Assembly (NCBI GenBank): GCA_049692255.1 | Contig: JBAVOR010000031.1 | Location: forward strand, 21,744-85,743 | Direction: 5' to 3' | DNA: 64,000 bases | Source: Candidatus Babeliales bacterium | GTDB taxonomy: Bacteria; Babelota; Babeliae; Babelales; JACPOV01 | In this document: in pieces, positions 45,691-55,286 of the stretch | Numbering within the stretch: the stretch's first letter is position 1 | Layout of the letters: each line of letters starts with the position of its first letter | Program-made: the position numbers and the translations under genes | The notes under the pieces: model-generated | What the model saw: the letters and a program-made list of their open reading frames with translations, nothing else | Databases searched by the model: none | What the model was told of the DNA's origin: nothing

Positions 45691-46890
45691 ATGAACACTC
45701 ATAAAATCTATCTTTTTGCATTACTTGCTGTTCTTGCTTCTATGCCCATTATCATATTTGGTAGTGAGGAGGCTAAAGAAACAGTTCTCGTGCTCTGCGA
45801 CCAAATAACATCTGGCAACGCATTCAGTACTTGTGAAAAAAATGGCATAACAGACAATAGGCCTACCAATATACTACAACGAGATAATACAAGAATTCAG
45901 TCGATTGCCAATGAATTGCACAGGAAAGTAACCGACTATAATGATAAAATGGTCATTGATAACTGCAACGTGCAGTATCTTTGTCTCAACGAAACATCGC
46001 TTGGTCAGGCAAGTGATGTAAATCAACTCAGCACCTATATAAACACAATGGATGCACCCAAGGGCATTATTCTTGTTGCTGTGGGCGCACAGGCTAGTAC
46101 TGCAGTCAATTATTTGGCCACTGTGCCAAACTCAATTGGTAAAGATAAATTGCTTAGAGGTTTTGTTGCTATAAACCCCCTGCTAAACCCCAATGAAGCA
46201 ACATTTCATTGGATTGCTAACCTTGGTACCGCCAATCAAAAAAGAGCATCTTATATACCATTTTCGCGACTCTTTGCACCATTAATGGCTACTCGTACTA
46301 ACGGTGCTCGTTCTTATAATCCCTGGTTTGGTCTTAATCCACTCGCATCCGCAAAAAAATTGCCTAAGGATGCGTCAATAATGATTATTCAAACAACCGA
46401 TAACCCCATTACTCCCGCAAACCAAGGTTGGCAATTGTATCAAGCATTGCCCGAAGGTAATAAAAGTATCATTGAACTTAATAGCAATGTAAATGCGTTT
46501 CCTATTCAAAACCACACGTACACACAGTTAGAAAAATTTAGAATAGGCAAAGACACAGAAGAAAAAACACAAAAAGGTAGCGCCGTTAATAGAAACGAGC
46601 AAAAAAAACAATTGCAACGTTTAATTGTAGAAGAACAACAAGCATCTTATGAGGCGCTGCAAAAGTTTTTTATTGACAATGAATTACTGAACCATACAGC
46701 ACCGCAAAACTCAAATACGCAATCTTCCATTGACACGCAACCTAAATCCGATTTTACTCAAAAAAAGATTAATTTTTATCGCAGTCTTCCATGGCGCAGC
46801 AACTGGACACGTAATATTATCGACGGCGCCACTGCCTGCGGCATTCTAGCAAGCGTGAGTTATTTGATATACAAAAAAACACGCGCATAA
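45691..46890 (+). CDS. Secreted protein with C-terminal TM anchor (hypothetical)
   Basis: 399 aa. Signal peptide MNTHKIYLFALLAVLASMPIIIFG. C-terminal WTRNIIDGATACGILASVSYLIYKKTRA. Confidence 0.65.
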   Translation: MNTHKIYLFALLAVLASMPIIIFGSEEAKETVLVLCDQITSGNAFSTCEKNGITDNRPTNILQRDNTRIQSIANELHRKVTDYNDKMVIDNCNVQYLCLNETSLGQASDVNQLSTYINTMDAPKGIILVAVGAQASTAVNYLATVPNSIGKDKLLRGFVAINPLLNPNEATFHWIANLGTANQKRASYIPFSRLFAPLMATRTNGARSYNPWFGLNPLASAKKLPKDASIMIIQTTDNPITPANQGWQLYQALPEGNKSIIELNSNVNAFPIQNHTYTQLEKFRIGKDTEEKTQKGSAVNRNEQKKQLQRLIVEEQQASYEALQKFFIDNELLNHTAPQNSNTQSSIDTQPKSDFTQKKINFYRSLPWRSNWTRNIIDGATACGILASVSYLIYKKTRA

Positions 46891-46959
46891 ACTCTTGCAT
46901 ATACATGTGTGCTGTGCGTATAGTTACAGATATGTACGAACAAAAAAAGGAGTTAATAG

Positions 46960-47703
46960 ATGGCACATTGGATTATATGTGTTGCTGCTTGCGCTTGTTA
47001 CCAATACATTCCTGCCCACGCATTAGAACAAGCATTACAAAAAACAACAGAAACATTTACTGCATTAACTGATAGTTTAAAAAAGCAATCAACCCCTAGT
47101 AATACCACTACCATTGCTGATCTACGTATACCGTTGAATGGATGCACCATATACATTCAAGATGGTAATATCACAACAATTAAAGCCGATGCTATTGTTA
47201 ATGCCGCCAATCAATCATTAATGAAACACCCTGCAGGTGTTGCTGGAGCCATCTGGAACGCCGCCGGTGCCGATAAAATTAATGCAGCAATAGAACAAGG
47301 GAAAAAAAGTAAAAAGATTCCTGAAAGCCTTGAAATAGGTGAAGTAGTAGTAACTGATGCATTTGATTTAAATGCCCATGGGGTTAAACGTATTCTGCAC
47401 ACTCCAGGCCCGAATTGCACTAGTGGTCAAGATATCAACTTATTATATGCATGTTACCAAAACTGTTTATTAAAAGCAGATGAATTAATGTTAACCTCTA
47501 TCGCATTTCCCGCAATGAGTATTGGTATTTTTGGATGTGATAGAGTCAAGTGTGCAAACTTAGTTGCACAGGCTCTGTATAACACTACGGGTAGATTAAA
47601 ACACGTAAAAGATATTTATCTACTCATTAGCACCAATTTAAATGATGACAATGCAAAGCCGTATAAATATGCGTTGGTGCAGGCGCTGAAACAACGGCTC
47701 TGA
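46960..47703 (+). CDS. Macro-domain (ADP-ribose binding/hydrolase) protein with N-terminal signal peptide
   Basis: 247 aa. AAGGAG RBS. N-terminus MAHWIICVAACACYQYIPAHA. Macro motifs ADAIVNAANQSL...GVAGAIWNAAG, ILHTPGPN and SIAFPAMSIGIFG. Confidence 0.8.
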   Translation: MAHWIICVAACACYQYIPAHALEQALQKTTETFTALTDSLKKQSTPSNTTTIADLRIPLNGCTIYIQDGNITTIKADAIVNAANQSLMKHPAGVAGAIWNAAGADKINAAIEQGKKSKKIPESLEIGEVVVTDAFDLNAHGVKRILHTPGPNCTSGQDINLLYACYQNCLLKADELMLTSIAFPAMSIGIFGCDRVKCANLVAQALYNTTGRLKHVKDIYLLISTNLNDDNAKPYKYALVQALKQRL

Positions 47704-47734
47704 GGCCGTTGCGCACTTCATTTATGCACTATAG

Positions 47735-48121
47735 CTATTTATTCTTCATGGTAAAAATGGTAAGGCCGGCAAATGCAGTTCCCATTGTCACCATTGAAAC
47801 TGCTTGAACGACTCCAGGGCCAGCATAATAAATGCGTGTTGCCATATCATATTGTTTTTCCTTTTTTGGGTCATTTAATTCTGCGCGTCTTTTCGTCATC
47901 AATTCGGCGGCATCTGGATAGATTGTATATATCATTGCTCTGGGTAATAAAAAGCTACCTGCCATAAGTACTGATGATCCCAAAATCGTTGCTGTTGCCA
48001 CCTTGGGATGCGACGCAAAATAATTGATGCATGATGTAAATGGGTTATTATCGTGTCCATACACATGCATTTGAATTGCTAAAATACTCATTAGTGCGAT
48101 TCGCATAAAACATTGTTTCAT
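47735..48121 (-). CDS. Small signal-peptide + 2-TM membrane protein (family member 1)
   Basis: 128 aa. AAAGG RBS. SP, then TM (VATATILGSSVLMAGSFLL), a charged loop, then TM (GVVQAVSMVTMGTAFAGLTIF) and a KNK tail. Confidence 0.6.
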   Translation of the reverse strand: MKQCFMRIALMSILAIQMHVYGHDNNPFTSCINYFASHPKVATATILGSSVLMAGSFLLPRAMIYTIYPDAAELMTKRRAELNDPKKEKQYDMATRIYYAGPGVVQAVSMVTMGTAFAGLTIFTMKNK

Positions 48122-48173
48122 ATAATTACCTTTTATTTATTTGGTTCGACCGAAACCACTTCTTGCCCTAGTG

Positions 48174-48524
48174 TTACCGCACATTCAACCAAACGCACAG
48201 CAGCCCCAGCGCGCAACCACTCATTCCTTTAGCAGCAAATGTAGCATACTGTTCATCATGGGTAGGCTCCTTTTTTTGTACAGTTGTATTCAACAGATTC
48301 GGAAGCCGCGCTATCCTGGTTTTTGGCATTTGCAACGGTTGTACCCGCTGCTGAGCAAGTGAATCTGCCGTGCACACATTCACTACTGCTGCACCTATGA
48401 ACGTTAGTATGGCTGTACTAAATCCAAGATCTAGGATTAATGGATCATCTGTTGCACGCAACGCAAGAGGATGATGCATACTAGCAAAGCAGAGGATGAT
48501 ACATAAGCGATGATATAACTTCAA
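48174..48524 (-). CDS. Small signal-peptide + 2-TM membrane protein (family member 2)
   Basis: 116 aa. TTG start preceded by AGGAAA. Same SP-TM-loop-TM architecture. Competes with the plus-strand ORF 48141..48362. Confidence 0.45.
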   Translation of the reverse strand: MKLYHRLCIILCFASMHHPLALRATDDPLILDLGFSTAILTFIGAAVVNVCTADSLAQQRVQPLQMPKTRIARLPNLLNTTVQKKEPTHDEQYATFAAKGMSGCALGLLCVWLNVR

Positions 48525-48582
48525 CTATTTTCCTATAATCGAGCTCATGTTAAAATATGCGAGAATCGACATGATTTATTTA

Positions 48583-48891
48583 TTATTTTGGCCCGAATGC
48601 CAATGCTGCCACTGTTCCTAATGCCACAACCACAGCAACTACTACGTCTCTTGTTTTTCTATTCTCGAGATCTTGAATTGCTTCAAGAGCACGCGGTCGC
48701 ATATCTGGATTTTTCGCCTTTGCACGCGCTGTAGACCCTATAAATTCATTTGCGTCATGTATTGCATATGCCGTGCAAAGACCAACAACTGGAACGGCTA
48801 CAGCTTCATAAATATTGAAGTTTAAAGCTTTTGATGTACCATTCATGCCACAAATTGCTACTATCATCATAATCAGCGAACGTTTATTCAT
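48583..48891 (-). CDS. Small signal-peptide + 2-TM membrane protein (family member 3)
   Basis: 102 aa. AAGGA RBS. SP, TM (AVAVPVVGLCTAYAI), a basic loop, TM (VVVAVVVALGTVAALAFG) and a PK tail. Confidence 0.6.
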   Translation of the reverse strand: MNKRSLIMMIVAICGMNGTSKALNFNIYEAVAVPVVGLCTAYAIHDANEFIGSTARAKAKNPDMRPRALEAIQDLENRKTRDVVVAVVVALGTVAALAFGPK

Positions 48892-48911
48892 AGTTGTTCC
48901 TTTAAAATAGA

Positions 48912-48942
48912 AGAGGGATATGGCACGATGCCATATCCCTCT
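48912..48942 (-). terminator. Strong hairpin downstream of groEL (probable groESL terminator)
   Basis: Perfect 14-bp stem agagggatatggca / tgccatatccctct with a 3-nt loop. T-rich flanks on both strands. Confidence 0.6.
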
Positions 48943-48980
48943 CTCTTGTTTTCTATTTCACGTTACTGTGTGTGTGCGGT

Positions 48981-50941
<1,961 letters not shown>

Positions 50942-51210
50942 AGCTTCTCCTGCTAGAGTATCATACATTGATTGTTATAGTACGCCCCCTCGGGAGCGCA
51001 ATATGCCTCATTCCATAGTAACAATTTCCCCTACGAATCAAGTATATCATTCCTGACTCGCAAGTACAACCTACATCATAAGACATACAATATTTACATC
51101 AAAAGACTCAGATTTTGTCAATATATTTTTTAAATTAAGTGGGAGATGTAGTACCATAGGGGAGCACTTTGTGTTTAGTATTATAGATAAAGTCGGCTTT
51201 TTTTATGTGC

Positions 51211-51406
51211 CATCTTCTTTCTTCAAAATCTCCTTCTTTTTTCAAGTTCTTTGTAGCCCTTCCAGGGCATGGCCAAGAGGGTTCTTGCCAACCCTCTTGG
51301 ATTCCAGCCTACGTTTATCCACACCTCCTGGCTTGGCAAACTACGGCGGACAGGCTCGGGCGTTAGAAGATGTTGAAGAAAAAAAAAGATTTTAAAGAAG
51401 GAGAGC
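51211..51406. repeat. About 200-bp imperfect palindromic (MITE-like) element upstream of groES
   Basis: T/C-rich left arm (catcttctttcttcaaaatctccttcttttttcaag) and its approximate complement on the right (cgttagaagatgttgaagaaaaaaaaagattttaaagaaggagag). These flank a perfect 11-bp-stem hairpin (51273..51300, ccaagagggtt-cttgcc-aaccctcttgg) and a family-A hairpin. Open on both strands (ORFs 51171..51395 and 51223..51468). Confidence 0.5.
51313..51341 (-). repeat. Family-A extended hairpin, copy A5 (reverse orientation)
   Basis: Reverse complement gtttg-cc-aagcc-agga-ggtgt-gg-a-taaac. Confidence 0.6.
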
Positions 51407-51689
51407 ACCCTGTCCGCGCAGTGTGTTAGAAAATATTGAAAAAAGCAAAGGCACTGCATAGAACACAAAAGATTTTTGATATGCTAATAAAACTAATAAG
51501 GCACCCGCCACTTGGGCCCTCATGCGATTTTTAAGGGCAACCGCATGATGCTCGCTTCTTTTAATTTCTATTTATAAATAATACATTTTAATAATTATTT
51601 TTCTTTGTCCATGCCCGCAAGCCATTCCTTTTCGGATCAAAAAAAGGGTATGGTGAACATGCTACTTCACAATTAAAAAAGGAGTTGTT

Positions 51690-52355
51690 ATGAAACAAGA
51701 ACAAAAACCACTCATTTTCCCTTCTTTAGCCGCAGCAACCTCTATGCCTGATACGCAAACGATACATGCGTTAGAATGCATCTGTGATGGCTTTCATTTG
51801 GACCTTATGGATGGCCACTTTGTGCCGCACACCGCGCTCGGTGTTGCACAATGTAATGCAATTGCACAGCACACGCACAAACCGCTGCAATTTCATTTAA
51901 TGGTCGCCGATCCACTCCCATACATTGATCAACTCAATGCACGCAGCAAAGACACCGTTATTGTACACGCAGAGCTTGATGATGAAATAATACAGCACTC
52001 TTTTGCACAACTGGCACAGAGAAAAATAAAAAAAGGGGTTGCGATTAATCCACAAACGCCACTAGAACGGGCGTATCAGTTTATTAACATTGTTGATCTA
52101 CTTTTACTTATGGCAGTCGAACCAGGAAAATCGGGACAGCAATTTATTAAAAACACCGTTGCACGCGCACAAGCAATTAATACATATCGCACGAAACATA
52201 CGATCAACTGCTCCATTACTGTTGATGGGGGCATTAATGCACACACCATACCACTATTTCGCGATGCACACATTGATGCATATGCAGTTGGCAGTGCTAT
52301 TTTTGGCGCAACCAATCTTTTTGAAGCATTGCAAGAAATAAATGGTATTCTGTAA
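51690..52355 (+). CDS. rpe: Ribulose-phosphate 3-epimerase
   Basis: 221 aa. AAGGAG RBS. PSLAAA... and HLDLMDGHFVPHT (the H.D.MDG.FVPN motif), MAVEPGKSGQ, VDGGIN. Confidence 0.85.
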   Translation: MKQEQKPLIFPSLAAATSMPDTQTIHALECICDGFHLDLMDGHFVPHTALGVAQCNAIAQHTHKPLQFHLMVADPLPYIDQLNARSKDTVIVHAELDDEIIQHSFAQLAQRKIKKGVAINPQTPLERAYQFINIVDLLLLMAVEPGKSGQQFIKNTVARAQAINTYRTKHTINCSITVDGGINAHTIPLFRDAHIDAYAVGSAIFGATNLFEALQEINGIL

Positions 52356-52356
52356 C

Positions 52357-54063
52357 TCACCAAACAGAATTGTAAAAAGGACAAGTGAGATCAACTCTAT
52401 TATTTTTTACTGGATAATTTTTTGCAATCAAAGAGCCAATATAGGTTTTGTCGTTAGTATTTACTAAGCTGTTATAAATAGGGGCCATGGTGCTACCATA
52501 TTCGATTGATAAAGAGTTTCCGTTTCGCTCACGATTCAAACATAATAATGCTTGTGGAACCGTATTTATGGTCGGCTTTTTGACACATATTAATCCAGCA
52601 ATAAGACCTACGGCGATATAATCACCGTCGGGACTAAATGAAACACAACGAACACAATTACCCGTATAAACATCATCAGTTTCATCAAAGGTGAAGACGC
52701 ATTGCTGCGAAGAGATATCAAAAACTTTCATTATTCCATCACATGAACGAGAAGCAATAAATTGGCCATCAGGACTGAAACAGACATCGTAAGTACAATT
52801 AGCATGGCAAGCACAATTAGTATGGCCCTCATCCTTTGCATCAAATGTATAAACACATTCCCTCGATGCTATATTAAAAACTCTTATTACCCCCTCACTA
52901 GAACCAGTAGCAATATACTTGCCATCGGGGCTAAAACAAATGCACAGAGCACCTGCATCAATACCATTGGATTCATCAAGTGTATGCATACACTGCTTTG
53001 ACGCGACGTCAAAAAACTTTATTGAATTACCAAATGAGCAAGCAATAAATTTACTGTTGAGGTCGAAACAAACATCCGCAATACGGCCGATTTGATCGAA
53101 TGTATGAACGCACTGTTTCAATGCTACATCAAAAATTTTTATCGACTGATCAGAAGAACCGGAAATAATACGTTTACCATCAGGGCTAAAACAAATGCTA
53201 TTGACACGCTCCAGATGACCGTCACTTCCCCTATAAAATGTACTAATACATTCCCCAGAACCCGCATTAAAAATACTTACTGTGCCAATATTAGAGCCAT
53301 AAGCAACAAGCCTTTGGTCATCGGGACCCCAGTAGATGCACTGAACACAATCAGCAATATCAGCATTAGCCTTATAAAAGGTATACACACATTGCTCGGA
53401 CGAGATATCAAAAAAATCTATTGACCCATCGTATGAACCCACAGCAATATGTCGCCCATTAGGGCTAAAACAAATGCTTGCAGCCCGATAACAAGCATCG
53501 GGGGTAAAGACATGAGCATCAAACCAAATATCATTTCCCATTTTTCGCGCTACAACTTTTTCTTGGTCTGGGTTTAATTCAAATTCTTTTGAGATTGCAC
53601 TAGGCTTTTCTATAAATAGCTTGATAGTTTCCGGTGATTTAAGACGGCTAGCAATCTCGCCTAATACGGGATCCTCAAGCTCTTTACAATTCAAAAATGT
53701 AGCAACGTATGCAATCTTTTTGAGAGCACCATTATTATTCATTTTTATATCTGGTCTGACATCCTGTTTAAAAACCAACTTTTTAAGTAAAGGATGTATA
53801 TGTGCTTGCCAGTCTACATGCGAAAGCATTGGAGTAATAGGCAATGGTTGTTCACCAAAATCTGAACGCATTTCTTTTAAGGTTGTACACAAATCAACGA
53901 ACTCAACTGGTACCGTAACCGTACGATAACTGGTCAGCTTTGTTTGGTCATACAATTGCAAGCGAACCGGCACCGATGGTGCAATTGGTACCTCAATCTG
54001 CTCCATGCCTTTCATAAGAGTTGATGAAAATATAATTGCGATATGCAGATAAAGACATTTCAT
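52357..54063 (-). CDS. Skp1-like domain + WD40 beta-propeller fusion protein (paralog A)
   Basis: 568 aa. AGAGGA RBS. Hydrophobic N-terminus MKCLYLHIAIIFSSTLMKG. Residues about 25-175 align by eye with eukaryotic Skp1 (VEFVDLCTTLKEMRSDFG...PLPI vs VEIAKQSVTIKTMLEDLG...PLPN; ALKKIAYVATFLNCKELEDPVLGEIASRLKSPETIKLF vs [40 protein letters not shown]). Then at least 6 WD40 blades with FSPDG...GS.D..I..FD repeats. Confidence 0.7.
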   Translation of the reverse strand: MKCLYLHIAIIFSSTLMKGMEQIEVPIAPSVPVRLQLYDQTKLTSYRTVTVPVEFVDLCTTLKEMRSDFGEQPLPITPMLSHVDWQAHIHPLLKKLVFKQDVRPDIKMNNNGALKKIAYVATFLNCKELEDPVLGEIASRLKSPETIKLFIEKPSAISKEFELNPDQEKVVARKMGNDIWFDAHVFTPDACYRAASICFSPNGRHIAVGSYDGSIDFFDISSEQCVYTFYKANADIADCVQCIYWGPDDQRLVAYGSNIGTVSIFNAGSGECISTFYRGSDGHLERVNSICFSPDGKRIISGSSDQSIKIFDVALKQCVHTFDQIGRIADVCFDLNSKFIACSFGNSIKFFDVASKQCMHTLDESNGIDAGALCICFSPDGKYIATGSSEGVIRVFNIASRECVYTFDAKDEGHTNCACHANCTYDVCFSPDGQFIASRSCDGIMKVFDISSQQCVFTFDETDDVYTGNCVRCVSFSPDGDYIAVGLIAGLICVKKPTINTVPQALLCLNRERNGNSLSIEYGSTMAPIYNSLVNTNDKTYIGSLIAKNYPVKNNRVDLTCPFYNSVW

Positions 54064-54154
54064 AAAGTCCTCTTATGTCATTTATAAAAATGAGATGACT
54101 GTGCAGTTTTTACTGCAACTGATTATGTAGAAGCGTTGACTAAGTTACAAGAAA

Positions 54155-54481
54155 TTATTTCTTGCCATTCATAAAAAGATATACGCCAGTCGCTATACCA
54201 GTAAATCCAGCCACGCGAATTAACTGCGTTGATGTCCATTGTTCTCGGACTTGCAAAGGATACAAAGGGCGTTCCGGCTCTGCTCTTACAGTATTAGCCG
54301 CCATGTTATATGTATCATTACACAAACCTGCAATATGCGGTGCCCATACAAATGCAAAAGCCCCTCCAGCATACAATGCAAAAGCAGCTTTTTTATTTTC
54401 CGTGAACCCATCAAACAGACCCGCCTGTGCACTATTGGTGATCGTTACTATAGCTACTAGAGCTGATAATGTTTTAATCAT
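54155..54481 (-). CDS. Small signal-peptide + 2-TM membrane protein (family member 4; candidate immunity-like partner of the EndoU-like gene)
   Basis: 108 aa. SP MIKTLSALVAIVTITNSAQA, TM AAFALYAGGAFAFVWAPHIAG, loop, TM LIRVAGFTGIATGVYLF and a GKK tail. Lies immediately downstream of 54552..55073. Confidence 0.55.
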   Translation of the reverse strand: MIKTLSALVAIVTITNSAQAGLFDGFTENKKAAFALYAGGAFAFVWAPHIAGLCNDTYNMAANTVRAEPERPLYPLQVREQWTSTQLIRVAGFTGIATGVYLFMNGKK

Positions 54482-54551
54482 ATTTTTTTCTTACGGGTAA
54501 AAATAATTATAGTGATTAATACAGTATGAATAGATAATACCAGAAGCATGA

Positions 54552-55073
54552 TTACACAACAATAGGATACGCGGTTTTAATCTGCTGCTGATGAATAACA
54601 ATTACCGCCTGCTCTCCATTTGCCATAACACCAACCAAGCGCCAGCCATCTTGCAGAGAAACTATTTCTGTCACATGATCAAGCACATGAATAATCTGGT
54701 CAATTACTTCGTGCGCTGAAAAATTAACGGGAAAAAAAGTAGATCGCTTGCACTGATTATTATAATACCACTCTGCTTGCCAACTTTTATTATAAGAAGG
54801 TGCTTTAATAATAGCATTAATACGCTCAGGAACAATCAAGTGAGAATGCAGACCTACGAGCGCTTCTTTACCTTGTTTACCGCAGAAGATGTGTGGAATG
54901 TTTATTGATCGAGGCACTGAGATTGCATATGCCATACTACTTTTTGCTATTGCAATTTTACTTGCCAATCGAGTATGTGCATAACTTTGCAACGCATGCA
55001 ATGCCACATCAACGCTACTGCGCGCATGAGTGAGACAAGAAAAAAAGAGTAAAAAGACACCTAGTTTTTGCAT
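54552..55073 (-). CDS. Secreted bacterial EndoU-like nuclease-domain protein (tentative)
   Basis: 173 aa. Signal peptide MQKLGVFLLFFSCLTHA. HIFCGKQGKEALVGLHS, KRSTFFPVNFSAHEVIDQIIHV and C-terminal IKTAYP match my recollection of the bacterial EndoU toxin pattern (HIL.G....GGH, K..FP..WS...I...I, I.TAYP). Confidence 0.5.
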   Translation of the reverse strand: MQKLGVFLLFFSCLTHARSSVDVALHALQSYAHTRLASKIAIAKSSMAYAISVPRSINIPHIFCGKQGKEALVGLHSHLIVPERINAIIKAPSYNKSWQAEWYYNNQCKRSTFFPVNFSAHEVIDQIIHVLDHVTEIVSLQDGWRLVGVMANGEQAVIVIHQQQIKTAYPIVV

Positions 55074-55137
55074 GATTACTAAACTTATAAATTAAAATAA
55101 TTGATATTTAACTACTAATAAGTATATCAAAATATTT

Positions 55138-55255
55138 CTAATATGCCAATTCGCGAACCATGCCTATAATCGTCTCTGCATCAATACCCGCCCAATGCAG
55201 CAACTCTTCTGGTTTGCCAGACATTTGGTATCAATATTGCAATGCAGCAGCAACA
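55138..55255 (-). pseudogene. Fragment copy of the 3' end of tkt
   Basis: 55168..55223 is near-identical to 57039..57095. It would read MSGKPEELLHWAGIDAETI..., versus MSGKPEELLRWAGIDAETI in tkt. Homology continues, degraded, to a TAG at 55138 and upstream to about 55255, where a TGA interrupts. Confidence 0.75.
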
Positions 55256-55286
55256 TCACTCTAGACGTGGACACAAGAAAAAACAT

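Noticed and set aside
50942-51210. CIRCE operator or sigma32 promoter upstream of groES
   Set aside because: No TTAGCACTC-N9-GAGTGCTAA-like inverted repeat and no CTTGAA/CCCCAT pair was found by eye. Only a weak TTGACA with a poor -10 is present, so no regulatory feature was called.
51171-51468. ORFs 51171..51395 (+) and 51223..51468 (-)
   Set aside because: Both overlap the MITE-like palindrome. They are open on both strands because of sequence symmetry, and neither has an RBS.
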